From: a virus
Taxonomy: Duplodnaviria; Caudoviricetes
DNA length: 64,000 nucleotides
Virus record (IMG/VR): IMGVR_UViG_3300047564_001818
Strand: one strand, 5' to 3'
The translations under genes and the position numbers were made by a program. The number at the start of each line of letters is the position of its first letter. Within the stretch, counting starts at the first letter, position 1. Shown piece after piece: positions 9,029-17,836 of the stretch. The notes under the pieces are model-generated. The model did no database searches. It saw only the letters and a program-made list of their open reading frames with translations, and had not been told where the DNA came from.

Positions 9029-9454
9029 TTATTGAAGTGGTGGCATGACATATTCATATTCAGAAACAGCAGATGCGGGGACTTGGTTTCTGTGAACATG
9101 TGTATCTCCTGCTAGACCTACGACACGATCGTCAACGAACAGCAAATAGTATGTGGTTGATCTTTCTTTGTCGTGTGTAATATGTATCTCGAAATTGCTT
9201 TGGGAAAAACGGTCAGTTAACTGAAGACTGTAACAAATTGCAAGTATTTTTACAAAATCACAATAACTGTTTTCTTTGACAGTTTCCCAAGGGTCTGGCC
9301 AGGTGCTGAGTGTGTATGGATCTGCTGCCAGGCTTACCTGAGGCGCTTTGAGATAGAAATTGATTGCGTCCTGAATAGGATCTTCGGCCGTTTCAAGGCC
9401 TTCTCTAAAAGATCTCCACAGAGCTAATCTCTGTTCATATGGTTTGTCAAACAT
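9029..9454 (-). CDS. hypothetical phage protein
   Basis: 141 aa ORF in tight gene chain. Confidence 0.7.
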   Translation of the reverse strand: MFDKPYEQRLALWRSFREGLETAEDPIQDAINFYLKAPQVSLAADPYTLSTWPDPWETVKENSYCDFVKILAICYSLQLTDRFSQSNFEIHITHDKERSTTYYLLFVDDRVVGLAGDTHVHRNQVPASAVSEYEYVMPPLQ

Positions 9455-9460
9455 TATTGT

Positions 9461-11074
9461 TTATGTTTTATATTTCACTGTGTAAATTAACTCAGCCTGG
9501 TCGCTGCTTGTAAAGTTTAACACCATGATAGCCACAGTGTCAACCACTGTGTCACCATTTTCATCTGACAACTGAGCAAAAAATCTTAGATTTTCTTGGT
9601 ACAAGACATCGCCGGTATAATCATACTCGTCTGTGAGATTCTGTGTGCTGTTGTTAGGATCAACTACTAGATTTAGTTTTCCGTTTCTCACAGCGTCAAC
9701 TTGACTACTGCGATACTGGTAATCAATCTCATAACCTCTTGCTGTAGATGCAGGAAGTTTAAACAGTCTAGTAGCTTCTGAATATTGTCCTAGTTCTATT
9801 ACATGTGAACGATTGATCTGTGTAATCTGAGGTCCAAACACTTCAGTTGTGTAAGGAATATTGATTAAAAAGTTAGCATCATATCCTAGCTGTTCAGCAC
9901 GTTCGAAATAATCATTTGTGCTGACGCCGCCGGGCTGATCAAATCTTATTACAGGATTAATATTGTTAGCCGCAGTGCCACCATCGTTACCTACATTATA
10001 GTATTTGTTACTGTCACTAACATTGTCAGTTCCAACCTTAACATAAATGCCGTAGGTCATTATATCATCAAAAGTACTGTTTGAAATTTTATTTCTAATA
10101 GGTCCTGTAAGTTGTCCGCTAGTTCCAATTACAGTGGTTAATCCTAACGCAAATCCTTGATACATTGTTTTAAACTCGCAGTTGTTCCAACGATTGTCTG
10201 CAATATCGTTGTCTGATTTTACTGCTGTAACAAAGTTTCTAACTTTTACATTATCAAATAAATTATTGTTAGAGCTTACTGCTGTGCTCAAACTGTTAAG
10301 TCGTATACCGTCAATAATGCCGGCTGCAAAATCTCCAATATTGTATGATCCTTCTAAAATTAGATTTCTAAACTCACTGTCTCTACAGCTTTGTAGTGTA
10401 AGTGCAGTTCCGCCCGTAGACCTAATTGTTAAATCCGATACTTTAATATTTCTAGCTTGGTTTAGAGTAGTACTCACTGCATCACTTGCATAGTTACCTA
10501 CTGTACTAGTTTCGTTTACAGTTTTAAAAGCTTCAAATGCACCTGATAAAATAATAGTTTTGGCTGCGCCTGCGCCGCGGATTGTAACAAACGGAGGCAG
10601 ATAGATAGTACTAGTAATCAAATATTCCCCAGGCTCAAAGATAAGTTCTACTCTTGACTGAGATTGCCCTTTGTTAGCTGCATTAAGGTATAGCTGATCT
10701 ATGGCACGTTGTATTGCAACTGTTTGGTTGAGGCCATCGCCATTAGCACCAAATGCTTTAACACTTACACGATCGTCTAGTCTGTCTTGTAGTGTTCTCA
10801 GCACAGGTGAGTTAATGCTAGTGCCAGTCTGTAGGTATCCTGTTGTGCTTTTGTAGGCATATGCATCAGCAAACTGGAAAAGGTCGTCGTGTTCACTGAG
10901 CAGTTTAGTATTGCCTACATAAGGTGCGCCTTCAGATACTGCACCGTTACCTATGTAAAGTTCTTGTGTATCTACTGCCCAACCTAGTTCGCCTGATGCC
11001 AACTGTGGCAGGCCTGATCCTGCTTGTTTTCTACCTCTACGAATCTGTATTCTTGAAATCGATACGACAGCCAC
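9461..11074 (-). CDS. virion protein with IQIRRG (Mtd-N-like) start and pectin-lyase-like beta-helix
   Basis: SRIQIRRG...LASGELGWAVDT; VSVKAFGANGDG; FEPGEY; beta-helix-like repeats. Confidence 0.75.
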   Translation of the reverse strand: MAVVSISRIQIRRGRKQAGSGLPQLASGELGWAVDTQELYIGNGAVSEGAPYVGNTKLLSEHDDLFQFADAYAYKSTTGYLQTGTSINSPVLRTLQDRLDDRVSVKAFGANGDGLNQTVAIQRAIDQLYLNAANKGQSQSRVELIFEPGEYLITSTIYLPPFVTIRGAGAAKTIILSGAFEAFKTVNETSTVGNYASDAVSTTLNQARNIKVSDLTIRSTGGTALTLQSCRDSEFRNLILEGSYNIGDFAAGIIDGIRLNSLSTAVSSNNNLFDNVKVRNFVTAVKSDNDIADNRWNNCEFKTMYQGFALGLTTVIGTSGQLTGPIRNKISNSTFDDIMTYGIYVKVGTDNVSDSNKYYNVGNDGGTAANNINPVIRFDQPGGVSTNDYFERAEQLGYDANFLINIPYTTEVFGPQITQINRSHVIELGQYSEATRLFKLPASTARGYEIDYQYRSSQVDAVRNGKLNLVVDPNNSTQNLTDEYDYTGDVLYQENLRFFAQLSDENGDTVVDTVAIMVLNFTSSDQAELIYTVKYKT

Positions 11075-11103
11075 GTGTCTCTCCTACGCATTGTTTTATA
11101 TAT

Positions 11104-11805
11104 TTATGCGTAAGATTGGTAATAACTATGGACCCTGTTCCACCATTCATTGGACCAGTCATCAAAGGTGCGACCAAAGTAAGGATCAGCTTGCGGAGTT
11201 AAATCAAACTGTTGATATTCACAAGCTTGTGTACACATAAAGATGTGTCCATGCTGTATATTAGTTCCGTGTATCTCATTGTGTGCTAGTGCATAGGCAG
11301 TCATCTGTAGATAGTAGTCTTCAATCCACTCGCCTTTCTTTAGCTTGTTAGATTGCTTAAAATCCATAATAGCATAGTTGTCTTTGTACACACCTACTAG
11401 GTCAGTAGTGCCTGCATACATCTCTGGAATGTATAATGGAACTTCACTGCCCCATATTTCATTAATGTCTCCCAGTGCGTGTACTCTAATCACAGTGGCC
11501 ATCTTGTGAGCCTGTTGTGCATAAGGGTTGCTGCCAGGCACGGGCCATTCGCCAGTATCTACATATTGTTCTATATATTTGTGCATACGGGTTCCGCGAC
11601 CCGCAGCTTCTACTGTAATCTCTTGTGCTTTAGCTTCGCCGACACGCTTGCGCCATGCTATGAGATGTGTTTTATCTTTAGTTGCATCAAGTATAGTAGT
11701 AACTGAAGCGACCGGAGGACCACCTGGAGTAGCGTATCTGCGCTTGCCGTTTTCTTCTACTCTTTGCAGTTTTGCGTAGGTGAACTTGTTTGTAATTAAT
11801 GACAT
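11104..11805 (-). CDS. PD-(D/E)XK exonuclease
   Basis: SVTTIL, GTRMH, SEV, AGTTD, MDFKQS, QMTAYA. Confidence 0.85.
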   Translation of the reverse strand: MSLITNKFTYAKLQRVEENGKRRYATPGGPPVASVTTILDATKDKTHLIAWRKRVGEAKAQEITVEAAGRGTRMHKYIEQYVDTGEWPVPGSNPYAQQAHKMATVIRVHALGDINEIWGSEVPLYIPEMYAGTTDLVGVYKDNYAIMDFKQSNKLKKGEWIEDYYLQMTAYALAHNEIHGTNIQHGHIFMCTQACEYQQFDLTPQADPYFGRTFDDWSNEWWNRVHSYYQSYA

Positions 11806-11821
11806 AATAACAAGTATATGG

Positions 11822-12142
11822 TCAAAGTTTTCCTAAGTCAACCGCTGATTTTGCCATTTTGCTCACAGTGTCACTGGGACGACCTGGATTTCCTGGCAGC
11901 TTGGCCACATCATCAACTTCGCTGGTCTTAAACTCTATTTTGTCTTGATCAAAGTTCGTAACCAATTGCTGTAGTCTAGGATCTGCATCATATGTTGCTT
12001 TGAATACTTCGTAGGTAAACTGCCCACGTCCTTGATTCTGTAGATACTTGTCTAGTTTAGCCATACTTAAAGCGGCCACTCCGGCCGCTTTCTGTTGTCT
12101 CAGTATTTGATAGATGAAGTCTGTGTCTACAGCTTCACTTAC
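11822..12142 (-). CDS. -1 frame ORF, probably expressed as frameshift extension of 12139..13065
   Basis: open reading continues 21 codons upstream of the GTG at 12079 to the A-AAA-AAG site; no own ATG/RBS there. Confidence 0.65.
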   Translation of the reverse strand, partial: VSEAVDTDFIYQILRQQKAAGVAALSMAKLDKYLQNQGRGQFTYEVFKATYDADPRLQQLVTNFDQDKIEFKTSEVDDVAKLPGNPGRPSDTVSKMAKSAVDLGKL

Positions 12143-13065
12143 TTTTTTTTTGGTAAACCTTTGTGCTTAGTACCAGCAACTTTTTCAAGTTCTTTTGTGC
12201 TCATGCTCATCATAGACTTTGAAGCACCTTGCAGTTTGCTCTTAGGAGCATCGCCGCGCTTGGCTGCTAGTGCTGCTCCTGCTGCTTGTTGCTGTGACTT
12301 TGATACTGCTTTTTCTTTTAGCGCAGTTCCAGTGCGAGCAACTGATTCACGCTTTTCGCGACCCATTGGCTCTTCGCCGCCTGCCGCTGCATCTGCTGCA
12401 CCAAAATCGTCGTCGCCAGTTTCCATATCCATGTCTAGCTCGTCGCCAGTTTCCATGTCAGTGGTTGGTTCCATGTCCATTTCATCATCTGCGCCCATAG
12501 TATCCATTGGCTCAGCTTCACCAGTTAGCATACCAACACCTTGTGTAAGTGTTTGACGTGTAGTTTCCATTGTGGCATACAGTTGCTCAAGTGCTGACTT
12601 GATCGAGCTTGTAAACGCTTCTGCTTTTTCTGAACCCATTTCGTCACGGATTGCATCTGCTAGTTCTAGCATTGACTCAGTTTGCATTTCGGCAGTGTCT
12701 TCCATCCAGCCAGTAACACGATCAACCATGTCTTTAGCTGCCATTACTAGTTCTGCTGAATCTTCTGCACCTTCGTTTACTCTGCGAACAGCTTCGTCGA
12801 TAGCATCAACGATGTGATCGTTGCGCTCTGCAATAGCTGCATTTAATACATCTAGGAACAGTTTGTTCTTAGCGTAGCTTTCTTTCTGAACAGCATCAAA
12901 GCTTTCAGTGGTTTCTACATTGAATACCTTAGTGCGAAGCTTGTTTCTAGCATCTAACAGTTGCTCAGTAGTAAATGAGTCAATGTCAATTTTGGCACCA
13001 AAACGCTGTGCAAGGCTTTCATTAAGCTTCTTGGCAGTTATTTTTGTAAATTCTCTTAGTTGCAT
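12139..13065 (-). CDS. putative prohead core/scaffold-like head protein
   Basis: acidic helical protein, D/E-rich linker, basic tail; late box ATAAATA at 13095-13101. Confidence 0.6.
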   Translation of the reverse strand: MQLREFTKITAKKLNESLAQRFGAKIDIDSFTTEQLLDARNKLRTKVFNVETTESFDAVQKESYAKNKLFLDVLNAAIAERNDHIVDAIDEAVRRVNEGAEDSAELVMAAKDMVDRVTGWMEDTAEMQTESMLELADAIRDEMGSEKAEAFTSSIKSALEQLYATMETTRQTLTQGVGMLTGEAEPMDTMGADDEMDMEPTTDMETGDELDMDMETGDDDFGAADAAAGGEEPMGREKRESVARTGTALKEKAVSKSQQQAAGAALAAKRGDAPKSKLQGASKSMMSMSTKELEKVAGTKHKGLPKKK

Positions 13066-13100
13066 GGTCTCTTCCCATTAAATGTAATTAATATTATTTA

Positions 13101-13523
13101 TCAATTGTCAAATATAAAACTGTCTATTCTGTTTCGAACTCTAGCAGTTTCTTCTAGTGTAATATCCAATCTGATCTTTCTAACTTCTTTACTAGAAACA
13201 TTTTCAGTTTTTTGTATAATGTTGCGATAAAACACTGCATCATTATAGTGTTTGGTTAACTCTCTATCATAAACCATTACTTGATTTATTACGTCTTTGC
13301 CCTGTGCTAGATTTTTAGCAATGGCCACTGCACTGCTTTTAAACTGTGTTCTAGCTGCTTGACGATTTTCTAGTATATCATAGATTAGATAGCCTTTAGA
13401 GCTTTCACGTATCACATAGTTCTTGATACGTATACTGCGACCTTTGACATGAGGTATAAGACTGTTTTCAAGTCCTTTGTTGACTATTTCTTCTAGTTCT
13501 CTAATCAGCGAGTCAGTAATCAT
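13101..13523 (-). CDS. hypothetical phage protein
   Basis: 140 aa ORF. Confidence 0.65.
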   Translation of the reverse strand: MITDSLIRELEEIVNKGLENSLIPHVKGRSIRIKNYVIRESSKGYLIYDILENRQAARTQFKSSAVAIAKNLAQGKDVINQVMVYDRELTKHYNDAVFYRNIIQKTENVSSKEVRKIRLDITLEETARVRNRIDSFIFDN

Positions 13524-13716
13524 TTATCATCACCATAACTTGATTGTTGTACATCACTTTAGTTAGCGCACTCTTACGAATCAGGTTATTAATAATGACT
13601 TGTTCTCTCTCTTGGAAACTGGTTAACGGTGTAAGCCCACTTACGTTTTCCAAGAGAGACTTTTCCTCGTTCGTAAGGTAGATAGTAAAATCTGTTATGA
13701 GCTCGTTTAATTTCAT
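13513..13716 (-). CDS. hypothetical late protein (MKLNEL start)
   Basis: coupled ORF. Confidence 0.65.
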   Translation of the reverse strand: MKLNELITDFTIYLTNEEKSLLENVSGLTPLTSFQEREQVIINNLIRKSALTKVMYNNQVMVMINDY

Positions 13717-14048
13717 TGTATGCTTTGCAACTGTTGCTGAAGCGCTCTCAGTTGTTCTTGTGTTGCTTTGATTTGCGCTTGTATCTGTTTCTTTTGTTCT
13801 TGCTTGAGTTTAGCAGCTTCGGGTGAGCGAGGATCGATGTCGGGCGCACCCATGGCTTGTCCTACTGCATTACCTGCTGTTCTAGCTGCACCTGCTACAC
13901 CTCTTGCGGCAGCGCCCGCTGCTCTACCAATACCACGGGCTGCGGCGCCGCCAACTGCGGCTGCACCTCTAGCCAGTGCTCCACCAACTGCTCCGATAGC
14001 AGGAACTACCTCATCTGTACGGTCTTCCATAATCTCGTTTATCTTCAT
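13713..14048 (-). CDS. Ala/Gly-rich putative internal head protein
   Basis: MKINEIMED start, GAA repeats, Q-rich coiled coil. Confidence 0.65.
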   Translation of the reverse strand: MKINEIMEDRTDEVVPAIGAVGGALARGAAAVGGAAARGIGRAAGAAARGVAGAARTAGNAVGQAMGAPDIDPRSPEAAKLKQEQKKQIQAQIKATQEQLRALQQQLQSIQ

Positions 14049-14377
14049 ATTCTTTTCCCTGCGCCTGAACGCTTCTTTGGTCTTATGGTTCTACGACCCA
14101 CGTTTAATCTCTTTAGTTTTTGTGTTGTAGGACTAGTTCTAACAGTTCTTGAACGTTTAATATCTATAGTGCTGCCTTTTGATCTACGTGTTCTTTTGAG
14201 TGTTTGACTGGCTTTTACATTTTTAGGAGCATTACAGGTAGCAGCTTTGGCAACCACTCGTCCTTTTCTTGGGCCAGTTGTGCAGCGATATTTGCGCACA
14301 GTGTGACCTCTAGTGCCGCCCCCTTTGCCATGTCCGAATACAGTTGTAACACCTTCCCAAAGATCACGCAGTAACAT
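14045..14377 (-). CDS. basic putative internal head protein (paralog A)
   Basis: MLLRDLWEG; VRKYRCTTGPRKGRVVAK; K/R-rich. Confidence 0.7.
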   Translation of the reverse strand: MLLRDLWEGVTTVFGHGKGGGTRGHTVRKYRCTTGPRKGRVVAKAATCNAPKNVKASQTLKRTRRSKGSTIDIKRSRTVRTSPTTQKLKRLNVGRRTIRPKKRSGAGKRI

Positions 14378-14667
14378 TATCGTCCCCTTGTGGCTTTGTT
14401 CATTTTTTGAACGCGGCGGCTTGCAGGATTCATGCGTTTAGTACGCTTGGCTTTTCTAGATAGTCGTTTACCTAGTCTAGCTTTTGTTTTTTTTAGTGTA
14501 ACTCTTTTTTTGATATCAGGTGCTGCAAAACACTGTGCTATCTTAGCAACAATGCGGCCGTCTCTAGGCCCAGAAGTACAGCGATATTTGCGCACAACCT
14601 TCTTACCAGATCGTGCCCAGGTCTGTCCTTCTTCTATAGGGTCAATAAAAAAATCACGTAATAACAT
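14377..14667 (-). CDS. basic putative internal head protein (paralog B)
   Basis: MLLRDFF..EEG; VRKYRCTSGPRDGRIVAK; late box at 14673-14679. Confidence 0.7.
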   Translation of the reverse strand: MLLRDFFIDPIEEGQTWARSGKKVVRKYRCTSGPRDGRIVAKIAQCFAAPDIKKRVTLKKTKARLGKRLSRKAKRTKRMNPASRRVQKMNKATRGR

Positions 14668-14687
14668 ATAGTTATTTATCGTGATTG

Positions 14688-14927
14688 TCAACTCAGTAGT
14701 ATTACTACGATTGTTGATAGTAGGCCAGCTATTACTGTACCTGCTGTGCCTATCAGCACTTTGGTCATACTCTGTTGACCGTTTTTAATATCTAAATGAA
14801 TATCTCTTAGAGTGTTTTCTACATTAGTAAGACGGCTGTCAAGAGCTGCATATCTTAGAGCGCACAGATCTACGTGTGCCTCTAGGCTCTCTTTTTCAAG
14901 CGAAGTTGTAGTTCTTAGTTCAGACAT
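14688..14927 (-). CDS. small coiled-coil protein with C-terminal TM helix
   Basis: 79 aa, hydrophobic C-terminus. Confidence 0.65.
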   Translation of the reverse strand: MSELRTTTSLEKESLEAHVDLCALRYAALDSRLTNVENTLRDIHLDIKNGQQSMTKVLIGTAGTVIAGLLSTIVVILLS

Positions 14928-15000
14928 CTTTTCCTCTTTCTGATAAAGTAAACTCTTAGTTGGCCTTTATTGTTGTGATGCCTGATGTGCCTGTACAGTT

Positions 15001-15396
15001 TTATTTATCATCTATTTGGAAAAATATATTGGCATATTCAGTGTCTTGTGTAGTAAACACTGAGTTTGTAAACTTAGCTGTTTCGTCTAGTCCATCGATC
15101 ACAGGTATGAGATTAAAATCACTGTTTAACAATTCGAGACTCATTGCGTCTTCATATTCTATTTCAAAATCAAACTGCCATATTGAGTGTTTGCCTTTGT
15201 ATGCACGACCTAGTCCTAGTTTAGCAGGCGTTTCTGTTAAGATATGCGGACTTTTACTATAAGTCGGATTAACTCTTAGGCCTATAGTCTGTAGAACAGT
15301 GAGAAAATTTTGCTGTTGTTGTGCAGACTTAGGTTCGTCGCCTCTGCGAGCACCTGTTTCTGTAATGTCAATCAATGTGTATAATCTAAATCTCAT
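15001..15396 (-). CDS. hypothetical phage protein
   Basis: 131 aa ORF. Confidence 0.7.
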   Translation of the reverse strand: MRFRLYTLIDITETGARRGDEPKSAQQQQNFLTVLQTIGLRVNPTYSKSPHILTETPAKLGLGRAYKGKHSIWQFDFEIEYEDAMSLELLNSDFNLIPVIDGLDETAKFTNSVFTTQDTEYANIFFQIDDK

Positions 15397-15413
15397 ACAC
15401 TATTTAAGGTCAT

Positions 15414-15450
15414 AAAAAAAGCGCCACTATAAAAGTGACGCTTTTATTTT
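15414..15450 (-). terminator. intrinsic terminator
   Basis: AAAAGCGTCAC-loop-GTGGCGCTTTTTTT. Confidence 0.75.
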
Positions 15451-15463
15451 TATGCGTTAATTA

Positions 15464-15820
15464 TTATACGCTTACAGTAAAGCTAACGGCTGCTTCAACA
15501 GTTGAATCGTTTGCTGAAGGAGTAGCTGAAGCAATCTGACGAATACGAGCTTGCAGAGTTGCTGCTGATTGTGCATGTCCATCAACTACTACGTTGATAA
15601 TACCAGTATCCGCATCTGGTGCCCATGCCATTAGTGGTGCTACTTCACGAAGGATTAGGTCGTAAAGTGAACCGTGTGCGCCGTCGTTTGCACGTAGGTC
15701 AACTGCTGTGTTGCTGTCGTCCTTAACAGTGATTTTGTACATAGCGAGTTGTACAACACTCTCTAGTGTACCTACTGTGTTTGCACCACCATTAACTGGG
15801 GTAAAATCGTATGTTGCCAT
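15464..15820 (-). CDS. putative abundant virion structural protein
   Basis: AAGGAG RBS, late box 15879-15885, own terminator, biased codons. Confidence 0.65.
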   Translation of the reverse strand: MATYDFTPVNGGANTVGTLESVVQLAMYKITVKDDSNTAVDLRANDGAHGSLYDLILREVAPLMAWAPDADTGIINVVVDGHAQSAATLQARIRQIASATPSANDSTVEAAVSFTVSV

Positions 15821-15908
15821 TTTATTTCTCCTTGATCTCTAAATGACTTGTCCATTACTCTATGGACTTTTATAATATTATTTATCATTTAGGAAAAATA
15901 AAGCAGTG

Positions 15909-16775
15909 TTATCGCTGTTTTTTAGCTCTAGTGTGTACTGCTCTGAGATTCTGTACATAAGCAGGGCCTGCCTGTACAATATCATCTATCAGTTCTATAA
16001 CTGGCATGTAGGCTTTCATCATTTCGGCACTCACTGCTTTGCCGTTCTTAGCTTGATCAAGGAAGCGTTTGGTCAATGCCATGTTCTTTGCACCTACTAA
16101 GTATCTGTACAGTGCAATGTCAGCCGGTGCTGTGCTGATGTCGGGTATACTAATCTGTGGTTCTGGATCATATACATCTGACTTTTCTAGATTCTTTGCT
16201 GCTACAAACTGTTCAAAGTCATCTGCAATGTCACTGCTTCTCAGTTTAGCACGAACAGCAAATGTCAGTCTTGTTACCAACAATTGACGTTCTTGTAGAT
16301 TTAGTTTACCAAAATCGTTCAACGCACGACGAACGTTCTTGTAATCTGTATTGGTTATGTTTAGTGTAGATTCTATGTCTACAAACATTTTGGTTATGAG
16401 TGCAGGCTCTTTGCCCTGTGCTAGACTGTTAATATATCGGTTAACGGCAGCAACAGGTAGTCGTGTTTTCTTTTTGAGTTCTATAGCAGCGTCAGGATCT
16501 TTAAGCTTACGTTGTGCCTTGTCGTCACCAACTAAAAAATAAACAAAGTTGTAGAGATCGGTGCCCATTATTCTGTAGTATTTGTACAGTTCAAACCCTG
16601 CGGTACGAGCGCAGTACTTTTGTACAGGTATTCTAAACTGCGGGAATTGACGCATAGTTTCTAGTGCCAACAGAATCAAATACATTCTTTCACCGCAGTC
16701 TGTATAGGTCAAACGTTGGCTACTACCATTGTCCTTGGTCATTCTTGATTCATGTAGGTCCTTGATAAAATCCAT
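15909..16775 (-). CDS. hypothetical late protein
   Basis: 288 aa, MDFIKDLHES start. Confidence 0.7.
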   Translation of the reverse strand: MDFIKDLHESRMTKDNGSSQRLTYTDCGERMYLILLALETMRQFPQFRIPVQKYCARTAGFELYKYYRIMGTDLYNFVYFLVGDDKAQRKLKDPDAAIELKKKTRLPVAAVNRYINSLAQGKEPALITKMFVDIESTLNITNTDYKNVRRALNDFGKLNLQERQLLVTRLTFAVRAKLRSSDIADDFEQFVAAKNLEKSDVYDPEPQISIPDISTAPADIALYRYLVGAKNMALTKRFLDQAKNGKAVSAEMMKAYMPVIELIDDIVQAGPAYVQNLRAVHTRAKKQR

Positions 16776-17518
16776 TATCTTATTGCTGCCACTAGTTCTT
16801 TGATTCTAGTTAGATGACGATCTGCCAGTGTTTCAGCTTTAGGAGCAGCTTCTTTCCAGTTTGGGTCTGCTTTTAAATCTGCCAACAGTTGTGCGCCTTT
16901 AGGACCTAGTGCTTTTACAATTGACTCTACTGAACCTAGGTCCTTTGCTGTTGCTTTTGGTCCAATCAGTACTTTTGCAATCTCATCTATATCTGTTGCT
17001 ACTATTGTATCGTCATTTCTGTTTAAGAGTCCTTTAAAAGCACTCCACTTCATGCCTTGATCCTTTGCCAGTTTGGCCATTGCTAGTTGCTTGTTTAATC
17101 CTTTGTAAGGACTGCCTGCTGGAATATCGTGTATGTGGTACTTAGAAATCATTTCAGCGTGTGGTACAACCATAATGTCTACCTGTGCTGAGCCGCCTTT
17201 GATTGGGACTCTTACGTGTACAATGGTGCCGCTCTTTTTAGTATCTAATCCTGCTTGGTTGAATAGCTGTTCTAGTCCTGCTTTTGCACCTTTGGCATCT
17301 TTTGCATTAAAATGCTGTGTTAGTGTGTCTTGATCAACAATAACATCCAAATCTCCTGACTTCTTGCCCGCAGTAGGAGTTGCTCCACTACCAATTGGAA
17401 TTAGCTTTGCTCCTGTGGCGGACATTATTCCGTTAACCTGTTTTAAGATCGCAGCAATCTGACTGTGGTCAAACTCCACAGCGTCTGCAAACATGTTGCC
17501 ACCTTCACTTAGAATCAT
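16775..17518 (-). CDS. nucleotidyltransferase-fold protein
   Basis: IGSG...KSGDLDVIVD (hGS..DhDh) and later QVDIM acidic residue. Confidence 0.65.
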   Translation of the reverse strand: MILSEGGNMFADAVEFDHSQIAAILKQVNGIMSATGAKLIPIGSGATPTAGKKSGDLDVIVDQDTLTQHFNAKDAKGAKAGLEQLFNQAGLDTKKSGTIVHVRVPIKGGSAQVDIMVVPHAEMISKYHIHDIPAGSPYKGLNKQLAMAKLAKDQGMKWSAFKGLLNRNDDTIVATDIDEIAKVLIGPKATAKDLGSVESIVKALGPKGAQLLADLKADPNWKEAAPKAETLADRHLTRIKELVAAIR

Positions 17519-17768
17519 TCTTTTTGGCCTCTATAATCTTGCTCATTGAACGACGAAACTTGCGTGGGTCGCCGCTCTTAATGCTGTTAAAAAAACGTCG
17601 TTCAAGTTCTGAAGCAGTCTCTACATCATACAAACTGTTTATCCTAGTCAGTAGATTGATAGCACTTTCTATTATATTGTTAGCAGTGTTGTCAACAAAA
17701 TGATCGTTGTCACGCTTGCCGTGAACGGTGTTCAGTTCTTCAAGTATGCTTCTAGTTCGTTTCTTCAT
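17505..17768 (-). CDS. hypothetical late protein
   Basis: MKKRTRSILEEL; late box CTAAATA at 17788-17794. Confidence 0.7.
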   Translation of the reverse strand: MKKRTRSILEELNTVHGKRDNDHFVDNTANNIIESAINLLTRINSLYDVETASELERRFFNSIKSGDPRKFRRSMSKIIEAKKNDSK

Positions 17769-17805
17769 TGCTGTGTTCCTATACAAGTATTTAGCGTGGT
17801 TGTAC

Positions 17806-17813
17806 TATAAATA
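17806..17813 (+). promoter_or_regulatory. T4-type late promoter
   Basis: perfect TATAAATA upstream of lipase, divergent from minus-strand late box. Confidence 0.7.
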
Positions 17814-17836
17814 AGTTTGTTACGGAGGGTGTACAC

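Noticed and set aside
11104-11805. Cas4/CRISPR-associated nuclease
   Set aside because: No Fe-S cysteine set and no array; ordinary phage PD-(D/E)XK exonuclease
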